Shown here piece by piece: positions 20,042 through 29,559 of a stretch of 47,828 nucleotides of DNA. The notes under the pieces are model-generated. The model was not told the DNA's origin. It ran no database searches and saw only the letters and a program-made list of their open reading frames with translations. The stretch is taken from the NCBI GenBank assembly GCA_038245295.1, contig JBBRSP010000039.1, forward strand, positions 1-47,828, written 5' to 3'. The translations under genes and the position numbers were made by a program. This DNA comes from Candidatus Binatia bacterium (GTDB taxonomy: Bacteria > Desulfobacterota > Binatia > HRBIN30). Positions within the stretch are counted from its first letter, which is position 1; each line of letters opens with the position of its first letter.

Positions 20042-20326
20042 ATGGCGGACACGCAGATCTCGGCTTACATCTCGACGGCGACGAAGGACGAGGTCGAACG
20101 ATACGTTGCGGCGCACGGAATCAAGAAGGGATTCCTTGTCGAAGAGGCGCTCTTGCATCATTTGCTGGCGTTACGTCAGCTGCCGTCGGACGTTGTCATC
20201 CCTCCGCGTCTTACCGTGGCGCTGCGTTCATTCGCCAAAGTTGCTGCCGCGGTTAAGACGCCGCGAAAGCCGACCAAGGCGTTACGCGACCTGATGGCAG
20301 GTAGGACTCTCCGCGGTGAGCCCTGA
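20042..20326 (+). CDS. Putative RHH/DUF1778-like antitoxin
   Basis: 94 aa; N-terminal beta-strand (TQISAYI) then helices; C-terminal P-x-K-P-T-K-A-L-R-D-L-M typical of GNAT antitoxins; 3 bp before the GNAT gene. Confidence 0.7.
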   Translation: MADTQISAYISTATKDEVERYVAAHGIKKGFLVEEALLHHLLALRQLPSDVVIPPRLTVALRSFAKVAAAVKTPRKPTKALRDLMAGRTLRGEP

Positions 20327-20329
20327 AGC

Positions 20330-20845
20330 GTGTCGCTACGAGTTCGCCGCCTCGAGCCGGATGATGACCGTGCCACCTTTCGCTCCGGGAATCTCGACCT
20401 CGATCGTTTCTTCCTGCGTTACGCCGGCCAGAATCAGTTCCGCCACCACATTGGGACCACATACATTGCCGTCGACGAGGTCGGCTTCATAGCGGGGTTC
20501 GCGACCGTCACCCCGTCCGAGATTGCCGCCGAAATCCTCCCCACGGTTGCCCAACGGAAGCATTTACCACGTTACCCACTTCCCGTGCTGCGGTTAGCGC
20601 GGCTCGCCGTTGATGAGCGCGCCCGTGGGCAGGGCATCGGCCATCTTCTCCTGCGTACTGTCCTGCTGCTGGCTAGGCAGGTCGCCGCTGATGTCGGTTG
20701 CGTCGCTGTAGTCGTCGACGCCAAGCCGGAAGCGGTGGCATTCTATGAGCGCCTGGGATTCATCCAGCTCGATTCAATCGCCGGCCATCTCGGTGACCGC
20801 CCCCAACCTCTGCCGATGTTTCTAGAAATCGGCCAGGTTCCGTAG
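20330..20845 (+). CDS. GNAT toxin (TacT/AtaT-like acetyltransferase)
   Basis: FRSGNLDLDRF, PRYPLPVLRLARLAVD, RGQGIG, VDAKPEAVAFYERLGF. Confidence 0.85.
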   Translation: MSLRVRRLEPDDDRATFRSGNLDLDRFFLRYAGQNQFRHHIGTTYIAVDEVGFIAGFATVTPSEIAAEILPTVAQRKHLPRYPLPVLRLARLAVDERARGQGIGHLLLRTVLLLARQVAADVGCVAVVVDAKPEAVAFYERLGFIQLDSIAGHLGDRPQPLPMFLEIGQVP

Positions 20846-20936
20846 CGAACACCGTCCTGACGAACTGCGCATAGGTAAGAGCCCTGTCGCCGCAGAGGAT
20901 GCCGCCTTTAAGGTGACAGGGCTCTCACAAGGTGTC

Positions 20937-21260
20937 CTAGCGGGCAGTGGTTGGGACACCGACCGGGCTCGACTCGGTCGCCTCGCGGCGCAGTAAGTAG
21001 ACTAGCGGGCCGATGCTGCCGAGGAGTAGGGTCATTACAACATAGGGAACCGGCGAGATGCCACGCGACTTGGCGTCGCGCCACATCCAGGACATGACAA
21101 AGCTGAGCGCGATGATCAGGTCGACGAAGATCTGTAACTGGATGGCGTTCATCGCGTGGACGTCGAAGAACGCCAGAAAGCTGTAGTTGTAGACGGCGTA
21201 GCCGGTCAGGGCGAGGAAATCGGCGAGCACGAATCCGATGGCAAGTTGTCTGTTGTTCAT
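20937..21260 (-). CDS. DUF2834-like small membrane protein
   Basis: 107 aa; FVDLIIALSFVMSWMWRDAK and TLLLGSIGPLVYL; GAAGGAG RBS. Confidence 0.75.
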   Translation of the reverse strand: MNNRQLAIGFVLADFLALTGYAVYNYSFLAFFDVHAMNAIQLQIFVDLIIALSFVMSWMWRDAKSRGISPVPYVVMTLLLGSIGPLVYLLRREATESSPVGVPTTAR

Positions 21261-21440
21261 AATGGCTCCTTCTTTGGCGGCCCTTGGACCGCCGGTTGTT
21301 TGTTGAAGGAGCATCTCTCCAAGAGCTGTGCCGATCGTCGCGGCGAGCGCCAGGTCCGCTTCGGGCGCTTGCCACGTTGCGTTCGGGCTACCTTCTGTTG
21401 CGCTGGCGCAACGCGTGCCGGGCGAGAAAGCAGATCGTTG

Positions 21441-21520
21441 CTCACGCGGAGACGCGGAGCCGCGGAGAGAATCGCCGCGGGTCGTCTCTGCGTCTCTGCG
21501 TCTCGGCGACTCTGCGCGAG
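21441..21520. repeat. Palindromic CGCRGAG-unit repeat element, copy 1
   Basis: ctcacgcggagacgcggagccgcggagag ... ctctgcgtctctgcgtctcggcgactctgcgcgag; same family at 42072-42221 and 43993-44108. Confidence 0.8.
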
Positions 21521-21549
21521 GATTGCGGATCCGGTGGGGGGCTGTCGGG

Positions 21550-22695
21550 TTAGTAGTTACCCGGCATTTTCTTGAGGATGACATCGACCCGGCTCGACCA
21601 CGAGTTTTCGCGGGCGAACGCCTGACGCTGCGCTACCAGGTCCCGCCGATGGCTGTTCGCGGCAGCGAGTTTGAGCAACGCGACGAATTCGGTCGCGCCG
21701 GTCGCCGAGTAGACGAGATCCCCGAAGCTCTGCAGCTCGCGGATCGGCGTCGACACCACCGGTTTACCGGCGGCGAGATACTCATAGACCTTGATCGGAT
21801 TGGTGCTGGTGGCGATGGCGCCGCTGATGAACGGATTCAGGCACACATCGAAGGCGTGGATGTAGCCGGGGATTGCGGCGTGTGGTTGGCGACCGACCAG
21901 AAAGACGTTGGCGCGTCGCTTCAGGCCGGCGACCAGATCGTCGCGCCCGGGGCCGACCAGGACGAAGGCGGTGTCGGGACACGCGTCGGCGCAGTGCTCG
22001 ATCAGCGCGATGTCGGTCCAGGCGGCGAGGACCCCGACGTAGCCGGCGATCGTAGTGAAACGATTCCGCAGGGCGGTGACGCTGGGTGCCGGATTAGCTG
22101 TGGCGAAACGCTCGGCGAAGGCGGCATTGGGCAAGCGCACCACCGCGGCGTGCGGCCGCAAAGCGTGCACTGACTCTTCGAGCTCGGCCGCTGTCGTGAA
22201 GACGACGTCGCTGTGGTCGATCAGATCGCGCCGTAGGCTCTCGAAGATGTCGCCGCTGGTCGAGGCGCGCAATACTTCGCCGTGATCGATGCAGTCGTAG
22301 AGAATGCGCGTAAAGCGGTTGCCGCGCAGATACCGCCACCACACGGGGCTCTCGATCAGTGCCACCGCACCCTCCGGGCACAACTCTCTCAAAGCGGCGC
22401 CGATCCATTTCTGGATGTGACGTTCCATGGTTGGGCGCGACAAGCGGAACGGCACGCCGAGAATGTCGAAGTAGCGCGATACCGGGATCACCGAGAGGTT
22501 GGGGCGCACCGGGCGGACAAGGTGTGCCGCGGCGTAGCGCAGTCGCGAGTTGTTCAAGCTGCCCTGGCGACGTGGTGGTTCGAAGTAGAGGACACGTACG
22601 CCGCGTTCGGCGAGGGTGTCGGCGAGTGCTTGCGGGCGTTGGTAGAGGAAGTCGTAATCGATGGGTGAGAACAGGGCCAGGCACGGGTTGGCCAT
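21550..22695 (-). CDS. Glycosyltransferase (TuaH-like GT-B)
   Basis: YDFLYQRPQALA, LYDCID, FDVCLNPF, NPIKVYEYLAAGKPVVST, NSWSSRV. Confidence 0.88.
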   Translation of the reverse strand: MANPCLALFSPIDYDFLYQRPQALADTLAERGVRVLYFEPPRRQGSLNNSRLRYAAAHLVRPVRPNLSVIPVSRYFDILGVPFRLSRPTMERHIQKWIGAALRELCPEGAVALIESPVWWRYLRGNRFTRILYDCIDHGEVLRASTSGDIFESLRRDLIDHSDVVFTTAAELEESVHALRPHAAVVRLPNAAFAERFATANPAPSVTALRNRFTTIAGYVGVLAAWTDIALIEHCADACPDTAFVLVGPGRDDLVAGLKRRANVFLVGRQPHAAIPGYIHAFDVCLNPFISGAIATSTNPIKVYEYLAAGKPVVSTPIRELQSFGDLVYSATGATEFVALLKLAAANSHRRDLVAQRQAFARENSWSSRVDVILKKMPGNY

Positions 22696-22783
22696 GGGCG
22701 GACCCTGGCTGGATCATGGTGGAAGGTCAACCTACGTGCACCTGCAGTTCCATCGGAGAGAAGTTCTGGATTACCGCCGTGTC

Positions 22784-22816
22784 GGGCAAGGGCACGGACA
22801 ACGGCAAGGGCAAGTC
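22784..22816. repeat. Hexamer repeat arm (GGCAAG family)
   Basis: gggcaagggcacggacaacggcaagggcaagtc, similar to 5851-5874. Confidence 0.65.
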
Positions 22817-22912
22817 TTGATGAATACGACGATGCGCGCCCGGCACCAGATGGTTCTCAAATCGCCCGCGACCCTTCATTCCGTGAGGCGAATTCCCTAT
22901 GGGATACCGGTC

Positions 22913-23458
22913 ATGCTGATCACGATCTCCGGAACTCCTGGCAGCGGCAAGACGACGGTGGCGCGACTTCTCGCCAAGCAGGTCGACTTGCCGCACGTGT
23001 ATGCAGGCGACCTGTTTCGTAGCGAAGCGCAGCGCCGCGGCATGAGCCTCGCCGAGTTCAATACCCTTGCCGAGCAAGATCACTCTGTCGACCGCACCCT
23101 CGACGCCCGCATGGCCGAGCAGGCGCGCGCCGGTGGCGTGGTGCTCGAAGGACGTCTCGCCGCTTTCCTGGCGGAGCAAGAGAAGGTCGAGGCGTTGAAG
23201 GTCTGGGTTACCGCCAGCGAGGCAGTGCGCGCGGCGCGGGTTTCGGAGCGCGAAGGCGGCGACCAACTCGAGCGGCTGAAGCAGAACGACGCGCGGCAGC
23301 GCTCCGACTCGAAGCGTTATCGCGAGATTTACGGCTTCGATCTGGATGACTTATCGATCTACGACCTTATTGTGCACAGTGATGAGCTGACACCGCAGCA
23401 GGTTGCCGATCAGATCGCCGCCGCTGCCGTGGCCAAGTTCAATCTTGGAGCTCGATGA
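22913..23458 (+). CDS. cmk: Cytidylate kinase, archaeal/type-2 subfamily
   Basis: 181 aa; ITISGTPGSGKTTVA, AGDLFR...GMSLAEF, VVLEGRLA, RYREIYGFDLDDLSIYDL. Confidence 0.85.
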   Translation: MLITISGTPGSGKTTVARLLAKQVDLPHVYAGDLFRSEAQRRGMSLAEFNTLAEQDHSVDRTLDARMAEQARAGGVVLEGRLAAFLAEQEKVEALKVWVTASEAVRAARVSEREGGDQLERLKQNDARQRSDSKRYREIYGFDLDDLSIYDLIVHSDELTPQQVADQIAAAAVAKFNLGAR

Positions 23459-25599
23459 ATCTAACGTCCCTCATTGAAAAGGTCCGCGCCTACGACCCGC
23501 AAGCCGACATCGATGTCATCGCCCGTGCCTACGACTTCTCGGCGGCGATGCATAAAGGGCAAAAGCGCGCCTCGGGTGAGCCGTACTTCACCCACCCGGT
23601 CGAGGTCGCCGGGCTGATCGCCGAGCTCAAGCTCGACGCGGCGAGTATCGCCACCGGTCTCCTGCACGATACGGTCGAAGACACACTCGCCAGCCTCGAA
23701 GAGGTCGAGAAAAAATTCGGCACCGAGATCGCGACGCTCGTCGACGGTGTCACCAAGATCTCACAGATCTCCTTCCACAGCCGCGAAGAGAAGCAGGCTG
23801 AGAACTTCCGCAAGATGGTCCTGGCGATGGCCAAGGACATCCGTGTCATCCTGATCAAGCTCGCCGACCGAACGCACAACATGCGTACGCTCGACGCGTT
23901 GTCGCCGGAACGCCAACACGACATCTCGCAAGAGACAATCGAGATCTACGCGCCGCTGGCGCATCGCCTGGGTATCTATTGGATGAAGAGCGAGCTCGAA
24001 GACTCGGCGCTGCGTTACATCCGCCCCGAGGTCTATTACCAACTCAAGCGTAACGTCGCGAAGAAGAAGGTGGAGCGCGAGAAGTACACCCAGGAAGTGA
24101 TCGCGGTGCTGACCAAACGCCTCGAAGAACACGGCATCGAAGCCGACGTCACCGGCCGGCCGAAACACTTCTACTCGATCTACCAGAAGATGCAGTCGCA
24201 GAATCTGCTGTACGATCAGATCTTCGACCTCGTCGCCTTCCGTGTCATCGTCGACTCGGACCGCGAGTGTTACGAAACACTCGGCGTCGTGCACGCCAAC
24301 TGGAAGCCCATCCCCGGACGTTTCAAAGATTACATCGCGCTTCCCAAAGCCAACATGTACCAGTCGCTGCACACCACCGTCTTCGGCCCGTACGGCGAAC
24401 GCATGGAAGTGCAGATCCGCACACACGAGATGCACCGCATCGCCGAGTCGGGTATCGCGGCGCACTGGCGCTACAAGGGCGGGCGTCGCGTCACCGCGGA
24501 GGACGCGCAGCGCTTCACCTGGCTGCGACAATTGCTCGAGTGGCAGCAGAACCTGCAGGATCCGCACGAGTTCATGCACTCGATCAAGGAAGACCTGTTC
24601 AGCGAAGAGGTCTTCGTCTTCACGCCGAAGGGCGATCTCTTGAGTTTCCCGGAAGGCTCATCGGTGATCGACTTCGCCTACCGCATTCACTCCGAGGTTG
24701 GTCAGCATTGCTCCGGAGCCCGCGTCAACGGCCGCCTGGTGCAGCTGCGTTACCGCATGCACAGCGGTGACACGATCGAGATCATCACCACGGCGACACA
24801 GACGCCGAGCAAGGACTGGCTCGGGTTCGTCAAAACCAGCCGTGCCAAGCAGAAGATCCGCAACTGGATTAAGAACCAACAGCGCACACGCAGTGTGGCG
24901 GTCGGGCGCGAGATCCTCGAACGCGATCTGTCGCGCTACCAGCTCGACCTCGGGAAGCTGCGCAAAGACGGCCGCCTCGCCACCGTGACACATGAGTTGT
25001 CGCATAAGGACGAAGAGGGCCTGCTGGCCAGCATCGGCTACGGCAAGCTGACGTCGCATCAGGTGCTCGGCAAGTTGTTGTCGCCGGAAGTGCTGCAGCA
25101 GAAGCCGCAGGAGGAAGGCACGCTGCGGCGGCTGTTCCGTCGCATGCGGCGCGCCGATCCGACCGGTGTGCAGGTCAGCGGCATCGAGGACATGCTGGTG
25201 CGTTTCGGCAAATGCTGCGAACCGCTGCCGGGCGAACGCATTCTCGGCTTCGTGACCCGTGGCCGTGGCGTAACCGTGCATGCGGTTGATTGCCCGCGGG
25301 TTCTCGAAACCGATGCACAACGCCGCGTCGAAGTGGCCTGGGAGCCGGGTGCGACGGGTCAGCGGACGATCACCGTCGAGGTCATGTGTGTCGACGAGCC
25401 CGGCTTGTTGGCGGCGATCACCAAGGCCATCAGCGGCGTCGGCGTCAACATCAGCCGCGCCCAAAGTAAGAGTATTGCCGACAAGAAGGCGGTGACGTCG
25501 TTCGACATCATGGTCAGCGATGTCGACCAGCTCAATCGAGTCATGCGCGCTCTCGGCAAGGTGCGCGGTGTGATGAAGGTGATGCGGCAGCGCGGCTAG
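23455..25599 (+). CDS. rel: Bifunctional (p)ppGpp synthetase/hydrolase (long RSH)
   Basis: Intact HD motif (LLHDTVED), IKLADRTHNMRTL, GRPKHFYSIY, YQSLHTT, EVQIRT, TGS domain, CC and ACT domains. Confidence 0.96.
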   Translation: MNLTSLIEKVRAYDPQADIDVIARAYDFSAAMHKGQKRASGEPYFTHPVEVAGLIAELKLDAASIATGLLHDTVEDTLASLEEVEKKFGTEIATLVDGVTKISQISFHSREEKQAENFRKMVLAMAKDIRVILIKLADRTHNMRTLDALSPERQHDISQETIEIYAPLAHRLGIYWMKSELEDSALRYIRPEVYYQLKRNVAKKKVEREKYTQEVIAVLTKRLEEHGIEADVTGRPKHFYSIYQKMQSQNLLYDQIFDLVAFRVIVDSDRECYETLGVVHANWKPIPGRFKDYIALPKANMYQSLHTTVFGPYGERMEVQIRTHEMHRIAESGIAAHWRYKGGRRVTAEDAQRFTWLRQLLEWQQNLQDPHEFMHSIKEDLFSEEVFVFTPKGDLLSFPEGSSVIDFAYRIHSEVGQHCSGARVNGRLVQLRYRMHSGDTIEIITTATQTPSKDWLGFVKTSRAKQKIRNWIKNQQRTRSVAVGREILERDLSRYQLDLGKLRKDGRLATVTHELSHKDEEGLLASIGYGKLTSHQVLGKLLSPEVLQQKPQEEGTLRRLFRRMRRADPTGVQVSGIEDMLVRFGKCCEPLPGERILGFVTRGRGVTVHAVDCPRVLETDAQRRVEVAWEPGATGQRTITVEVMCVDEPGLLAAITKAISGVGVNISRAQSKSIADKKAVTSFDIMVSDVDQLNRVMRALGKVRGVMKVMRQRG

Positions 25600-25617
25600 C
25601 GCCCGGAAGGAGCAGCG

Positions 25618-25998
25618 ATGAAGGAAGAAATCGCAACCGCAGGCGCCCCGCAGGCGATCGGACCCTACTCGCAAGCCATCCGTTCGAGTGGGCTGCTGTT
25701 CCTGTCGGGACAGATCGGCCTTGAGCCGGCCAGCGGCCAGATCGTCGCGGGCGGTGTCAGCGTTGAGGCGCGCCAGGTGCTTTCCAACCTGCAGGCGGTA
25801 TTGAAAGCGGCGGGTGCGTCGATGGATGCGATCGTCCGCACGACCATCTACCTGGTCGATATGAACGACTTCGTCGCGGTCAATGAGATTTACGGCAGCT
25901 TCTTCCAGCGCCCGTATCCGGCGCGCGCCACGGTGGCGGTCGCCGCGTTGCCGCGCGGCGCGCGTGTCGAAATCGACGCGATTGCGCAGTTGGCCTGA
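25618..25998 (+). CDS. ridA: RidA/YjgF enamine deaminase
   Basis: APQAIGPYSQA, SGQIG, PARATVAVAALPRGARVEIDAIA. Confidence 0.93.
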   Translation: MKEEIATAGAPQAIGPYSQAIRSSGLLFLSGQIGLEPASGQIVAGGVSVEARQVLSNLQAVLKAAGASMDAIVRTTIYLVDMNDFVAVNEIYGSFFQRPYPARATVAVAALPRGARVEIDAIAQLA

Positions 25999-26075
25999 AC
26001 ACTTTCCGATTCTTGCTACCGACTACGGTCTGGCTAGCTTGCGCGCCGCTGCGAAACCGTCCTATTGCCTGTCGC

Positions 26076-26594
26076 ATGTCCTCCGACCCACAACTCCCGC
26101 AGCGCAACTCGTTGCCGCAGGCCAGGCCGCTGGCTGCCAACCTGCACTTCCTGCCGCGTGCCTTGAAGCCGGTGCAGGACGGTCTCACGCGTCTACTACG
26201 GCGCTACTTTGAGCAAGCGCCGGGCTGGGTGTTGCTGACGCACACCGGGCGCAAGACCGGGCTACCGCGCGAGGTGTTGCTGCCGTGTGAGCGCTGGGGT
26301 GATCACCTTTACGTGATCTCGACCTACGGCCGGCAATCGGATTGGATCCGCAACATCGCGCGCAATTCAGCGGTCAAGGTGACGGCGGCTGGCTGGGTGC
26401 TGGCGGCGCAAGCCGAAATTGTCGACGATCTAGAAGCTAAACAAGCCGTTGTGTCGGCACATCCGTTCTTCGTGCCGCTGCCGATCGCGCCGCTCAATCT
26501 GCTGCATCGAACGCTACTGCGGCCGCTGTCAGTAGGATTTCTACGCTGGTGGGTGCGGCGACGACCGATTGTAGTGATTCGTCGGCAAGCTTGA
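26076..26594 (+). CDS. Deazaflavin (F420)-dependent nitroreductase family (Ddn-like)
   Basis: LLTHTGRKTGLPR, SDWIRNI; start uncertain. Confidence 0.75.
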   Translation: MSSDPQLPQRNSLPQARPLAANLHFLPRALKPVQDGLTRLLRRYFEQAPGWVLLTHTGRKTGLPREVLLPCERWGDHLYVISTYGRQSDWIRNIARNSAVKVTAAGWVLAAQAEIVDDLEAKQAVVSAHPFFVPLPIAPLNLLHRTLLRPLSVGFLRWWVRRRPIVVIRRQA

Positions 26595-26708
26595 GTCCCG
26601 TCGTCTCATCTCACGGCCGCCGCCGGCTGGAGAGGAAACTACTGAGCTCCCATTGCCGCTGCTTGTCTCGGGCGTGCAGCCCTGTCAGGACAGCCGCAGG
26701 AGGCAGCC

Positions 26709-27485
26709 ATGCGACTTGAACACAAGGTAGCACTGGTGACCGGTGCCGGGTCGGGTCTGGGTCGTGCCGGTGCATTGGCGCTGGCGCGGGACGGCGCTTC
26801 TGTTGTTGTCTCCGACCTCAACGCCGAGACGGCGGCGGCGACGGCTGATCTTATTACACAGGCAGGGGGTGCCGCACGAACCGTCAGTGCCGATGTTGGC
26901 GACGCGGCACAATGCGAGCAGTTGGTGGCCCAGACCGTTGCGGCATTCGGCGCCTTGCACATCCTTTACAACAATGCTGGCATCGCCTTGCCCTTCGACG
27001 ATGGCTTTACGCCGCGCATCGATCCGGCCGTGTGGGATCGGGTCATTCGCGTCAACCTCTCAAGTGTTTTCTATTGCTCTCATTACGCCATCCCCGAGAT
27101 CGCCAAGGCGGGTGGCGGCTCGATCATCAACACGGCGTCCTCGATGGCGCACCTGCCACTCGGCGGACTGGATGGCTACGCCGCATCAAAAGGCGGCGTA
27201 GCGCTGCTCACCAAGTCCATGTCGGTCGGTTGCGGCATGATGAACATCCGCGTCAACGCCATCAGCCCGGGCTACGTCGACACACCTATGAACGCCCTCA
27301 TCTGGCAGAGCGACGAGATGAAGGCCGGCTTCGCCAAGGGACACGCCACGGGCCTGCAGACGGTCGAAGAGATTGCCGACGTCGTGGTGTTCCTCGCCAG
27401 TGATGAATCGCGCAGCCTCACCGGCGCCGTGCTCAACTGTGATCGTGGGTGGACGGCGTTCAAACAGCCGGATCTCATGCGGTAA
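26709..27485 (+). CDS. Short-chain dehydrogenase/reductase
   Basis: TGAGSGLG, NNAGI, YAASK, IRVNAISPG; AGGAGG RBS. Confidence 0.93.
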   Translation: MRLEHKVALVTGAGSGLGRAGALALARDGASVVVSDLNAETAAATADLITQAGGAARTVSADVGDAAQCEQLVAQTVAAFGALHILYNNAGIALPFDDGFTPRIDPAVWDRVIRVNLSSVFYCSHYAIPEIAKAGGGSIINTASSMAHLPLGGLDGYAASKGGVALLTKSMSVGCGMMNIRVNAISPGYVDTPMNALIWQSDEMKAGFAKGHATGLQTVEEIADVVVFLASDESRSLTGAVLNCDRGWTAFKQPDLMR

Positions 27486-27708
27486 GCTTCGGCCGGCGCA
27501 GGCCAAGGGGCAAGGCTGCGGCTCCATCGGTACCCAGCGACGGGCCCTCACCGGGTTTGCATGTAAATGCGACGATCAAACCGATGCTCAGCCTGCGGAG
27601 TGGCTCCCGTGGGTGCAGTCGGGGACATAGGAAACAGATTAGACCGGGCCCATAGGTGACACATTTTCACCAGCTAGCCTCGCCGGGTACCTTACCCATT
27701 GAGACCAA

Positions 27709-29559
27709 TCACCCTCCCCACAGACGATCGCGTAACCCAGAAGCGCGCTCGATCGGCGTCCGGATCGCCGCCTCGAGGCTTTCGACCGTTGCTTGCAGCA
27801 CAACCCGCGATCGCGCCCGCGTCACCGCTGTGTAGAGCAGCTCGCGTGTCAGGATCGGTGACTGGCGTGTCGGTAGAACCACCGCCACCTGATCAAACTC
27901 GGAGCCCTGGCTCTTGTGCACACTCATGGCGAAGACGGTTTCGTGCGGTGGCAATCGACTCGGTGCCAGACGCCGCACCGCGCCCTCGCCGGCCGCAAAG
28001 GCCACCATCAGGGCCTCGCTCTCGGCGGCGCGATCACGCCCGAAGATGCCGACGTCGCCGTTGAACAGCTTCACCGTGTAGTCGTTGCGCATCACCATCA
28101 CCGGGCGGCCGTCGTAGGCTGCTGCCAATCTGCCGATGATGCGGCTGTCGCGCAGGTCGCGTTCGATCTCGAGATTGGCGGTCTCGACGCTGTAGTCGCC
28201 GCGACGGTGGGCACACAACACCCGGAAGGTATCGAAGCGCCGCAGTCTTTCGACGTCGTCCAAGCGCAGCATCTCACGGAACAGACGGCGCAGCTCGTCG
28301 TGAATACTCTTGTGCAAGGCCGCATCGGTCGGCGGCTCAAGCCGCTCGACATCGGCGGCGCCGTTGATCGCGCTGCGTAAGGCGCCAACATCGCTGGCGC
28401 GAATCGCGGACGCCATGGCCGCGACGCCGCTATCCGCCTTGTAACGGAAGCTCTTCTCCAACTGCACGACGCAGTCGGCGATCGGTGGGGTTTCGCCTTC
28501 CGCGGCGTCTATCGGCGTGCCGCATACCGACTCGAGCCAGCCGGCCATCGGCGCCGAGAAGCGCACCGCCGCACCGCTGTTGCAGATGTCGCCGAACACG
28601 GCGCCGGCTTCCACCGATGCCAGCTGATCGCGATCACCGAGGAGAATCACCCGCGCATCGGCCGGGATGGCTTCGAAGAGGCGCGCCATCAGTGCCAGGT
28701 CGACCATCGATGCTTCATCGACCAGCACGAGTTCGGCGAGCAGCTTGTTACCGCGGTTGTGGCGGAACAACGTCTCGCTCGATCCAATCGGCGCCAGGCA
28801 TCGGTGGATCGTCATCGCCGCATCATTGCCGATCGCGCCGCGCACCGTCTCGTCACACGCCAGGCTCGCCTTGGCCGTTGCAATGGATTCGTTGAGTCGT
28901 GCCGCCGCCTTGCCGGTAGGCGCCACGAGGACGAAACGGGGCAAAGGCTGAGCGGCCTGCTGCGCTGCCTCGATCAACAGCGCCAGCAGTTTCACGACGG
29001 TGAACGTCTTGCCCGTACCTGGTCCGCCCGAAATCACGCAGAGTTGCCGCCGCAGAGCCACCGCCGCTCCCACCTTTTGCCAATCCGGCTCACCAACGCT
29101 GTGGCCGAAGTAGCGATCGAGGGACTGTCGAGCCCACGCCGTGTCGATCTCCATCGGTGTAACGGACCGTCGGCGTAGCTCGGCGACCAGGCTCGTCTCG
29201 TGCTCCCAATAACGACGTAGATAGAGCCGTCCGTTCGCCTCCAGGCAAAGAGGCGCGACGTGTGCCGCATCGCCGACCAGTTCACTCGTCTGCAGCACAC
29301 CGAGCCACTCGTTGATACCCGGCCATTGCCAGGCGACACCGGTCGGTATCGCATCGGTCAACCCGGCGAAGGGGCGCTGCACCAGGCGGGGCAACTCGAC
29401 GCACGTGTGTCCCTCGCCAACGGCGCGGCTTGCAAGCGCCAAGGCCAGCAGCACCTCGTGCCGCCGTTCGCCGCTCAAGCGCGACAGGCTGCGTGTTACT
29501 TGGACGTCCAGATCGTTCAACACACCCGCCGCGCGCAGATCGTCAATCGAAGGGATCAT
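27709..29559 (-). CDS. recD: Exodeoxyribonuclease V subunit alpha
   Basis: LYLRRYW, GGPGTGKT, VDEASMVD, GDRDQLASVEAG, AMSVHKSQGSEF, LLYTAVTRAR. Confidence 0.96.
   Translation of the reverse strand: MIPSIDDLRAAGVLNDLDVQVTRSLSRLSGERRHEVLLALALASRAVGEGHTCVELPRLVQRPFAGLTDAIPTGVAWQWPGINEWLGVLQTSELVGDAAHVAPLCLEANGRLYLRRYWEHETSLVAELRRRSVTPMEIDTAWARQSLDRYFGHSVGEPDWQKVGAAVALRRQLCVISGGPGTGKTFTVVKLLALLIEAAQQAAQPLPRFVLVAPTGKAAARLNESIATAKASLACDETVRGAIGNDAAMTIHRCLAPIGSSETLFRHNRGNKLLAELVLVDEASMVDLALMARLFEAIPADARVILLGDRDQLASVEAGAVFGDICNSGAAVRFSAPMAGWLESVCGTPIDAAEGETPPIADCVVQLEKSFRYKADSGVAAMASAIRASDVGALRSAINGAADVERLEPPTDAALHKSIHDELRRLFREMLRLDDVERLRRFDTFRVLCAHRRGDYSVETANLEIERDLRDSRIIGRLAAAYDGRPVMVMRNDYTVKLFNGDVGIFGRDRAAESEALMVAFAAGEGAVRRLAPSRLPPHETVFAMSVHKSQGSEFDQVAVVLPTRQSPILTRELLYTAVTRARSRVVLQATVESLEAAIRTPIERASGLRDRLWGG

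Noticed and set aside
21261..21584. N-terminal extension of the 215-aa ORF
   Set aside because: It translates a repeat element and UTR; a strong RBS supports the start at 21260.
22661..22912. N-terminal extension of cmk (GQGHGQRQGQ)
   Set aside because: It is a translation of the hexamer repeat; the kinase begins at 22913.
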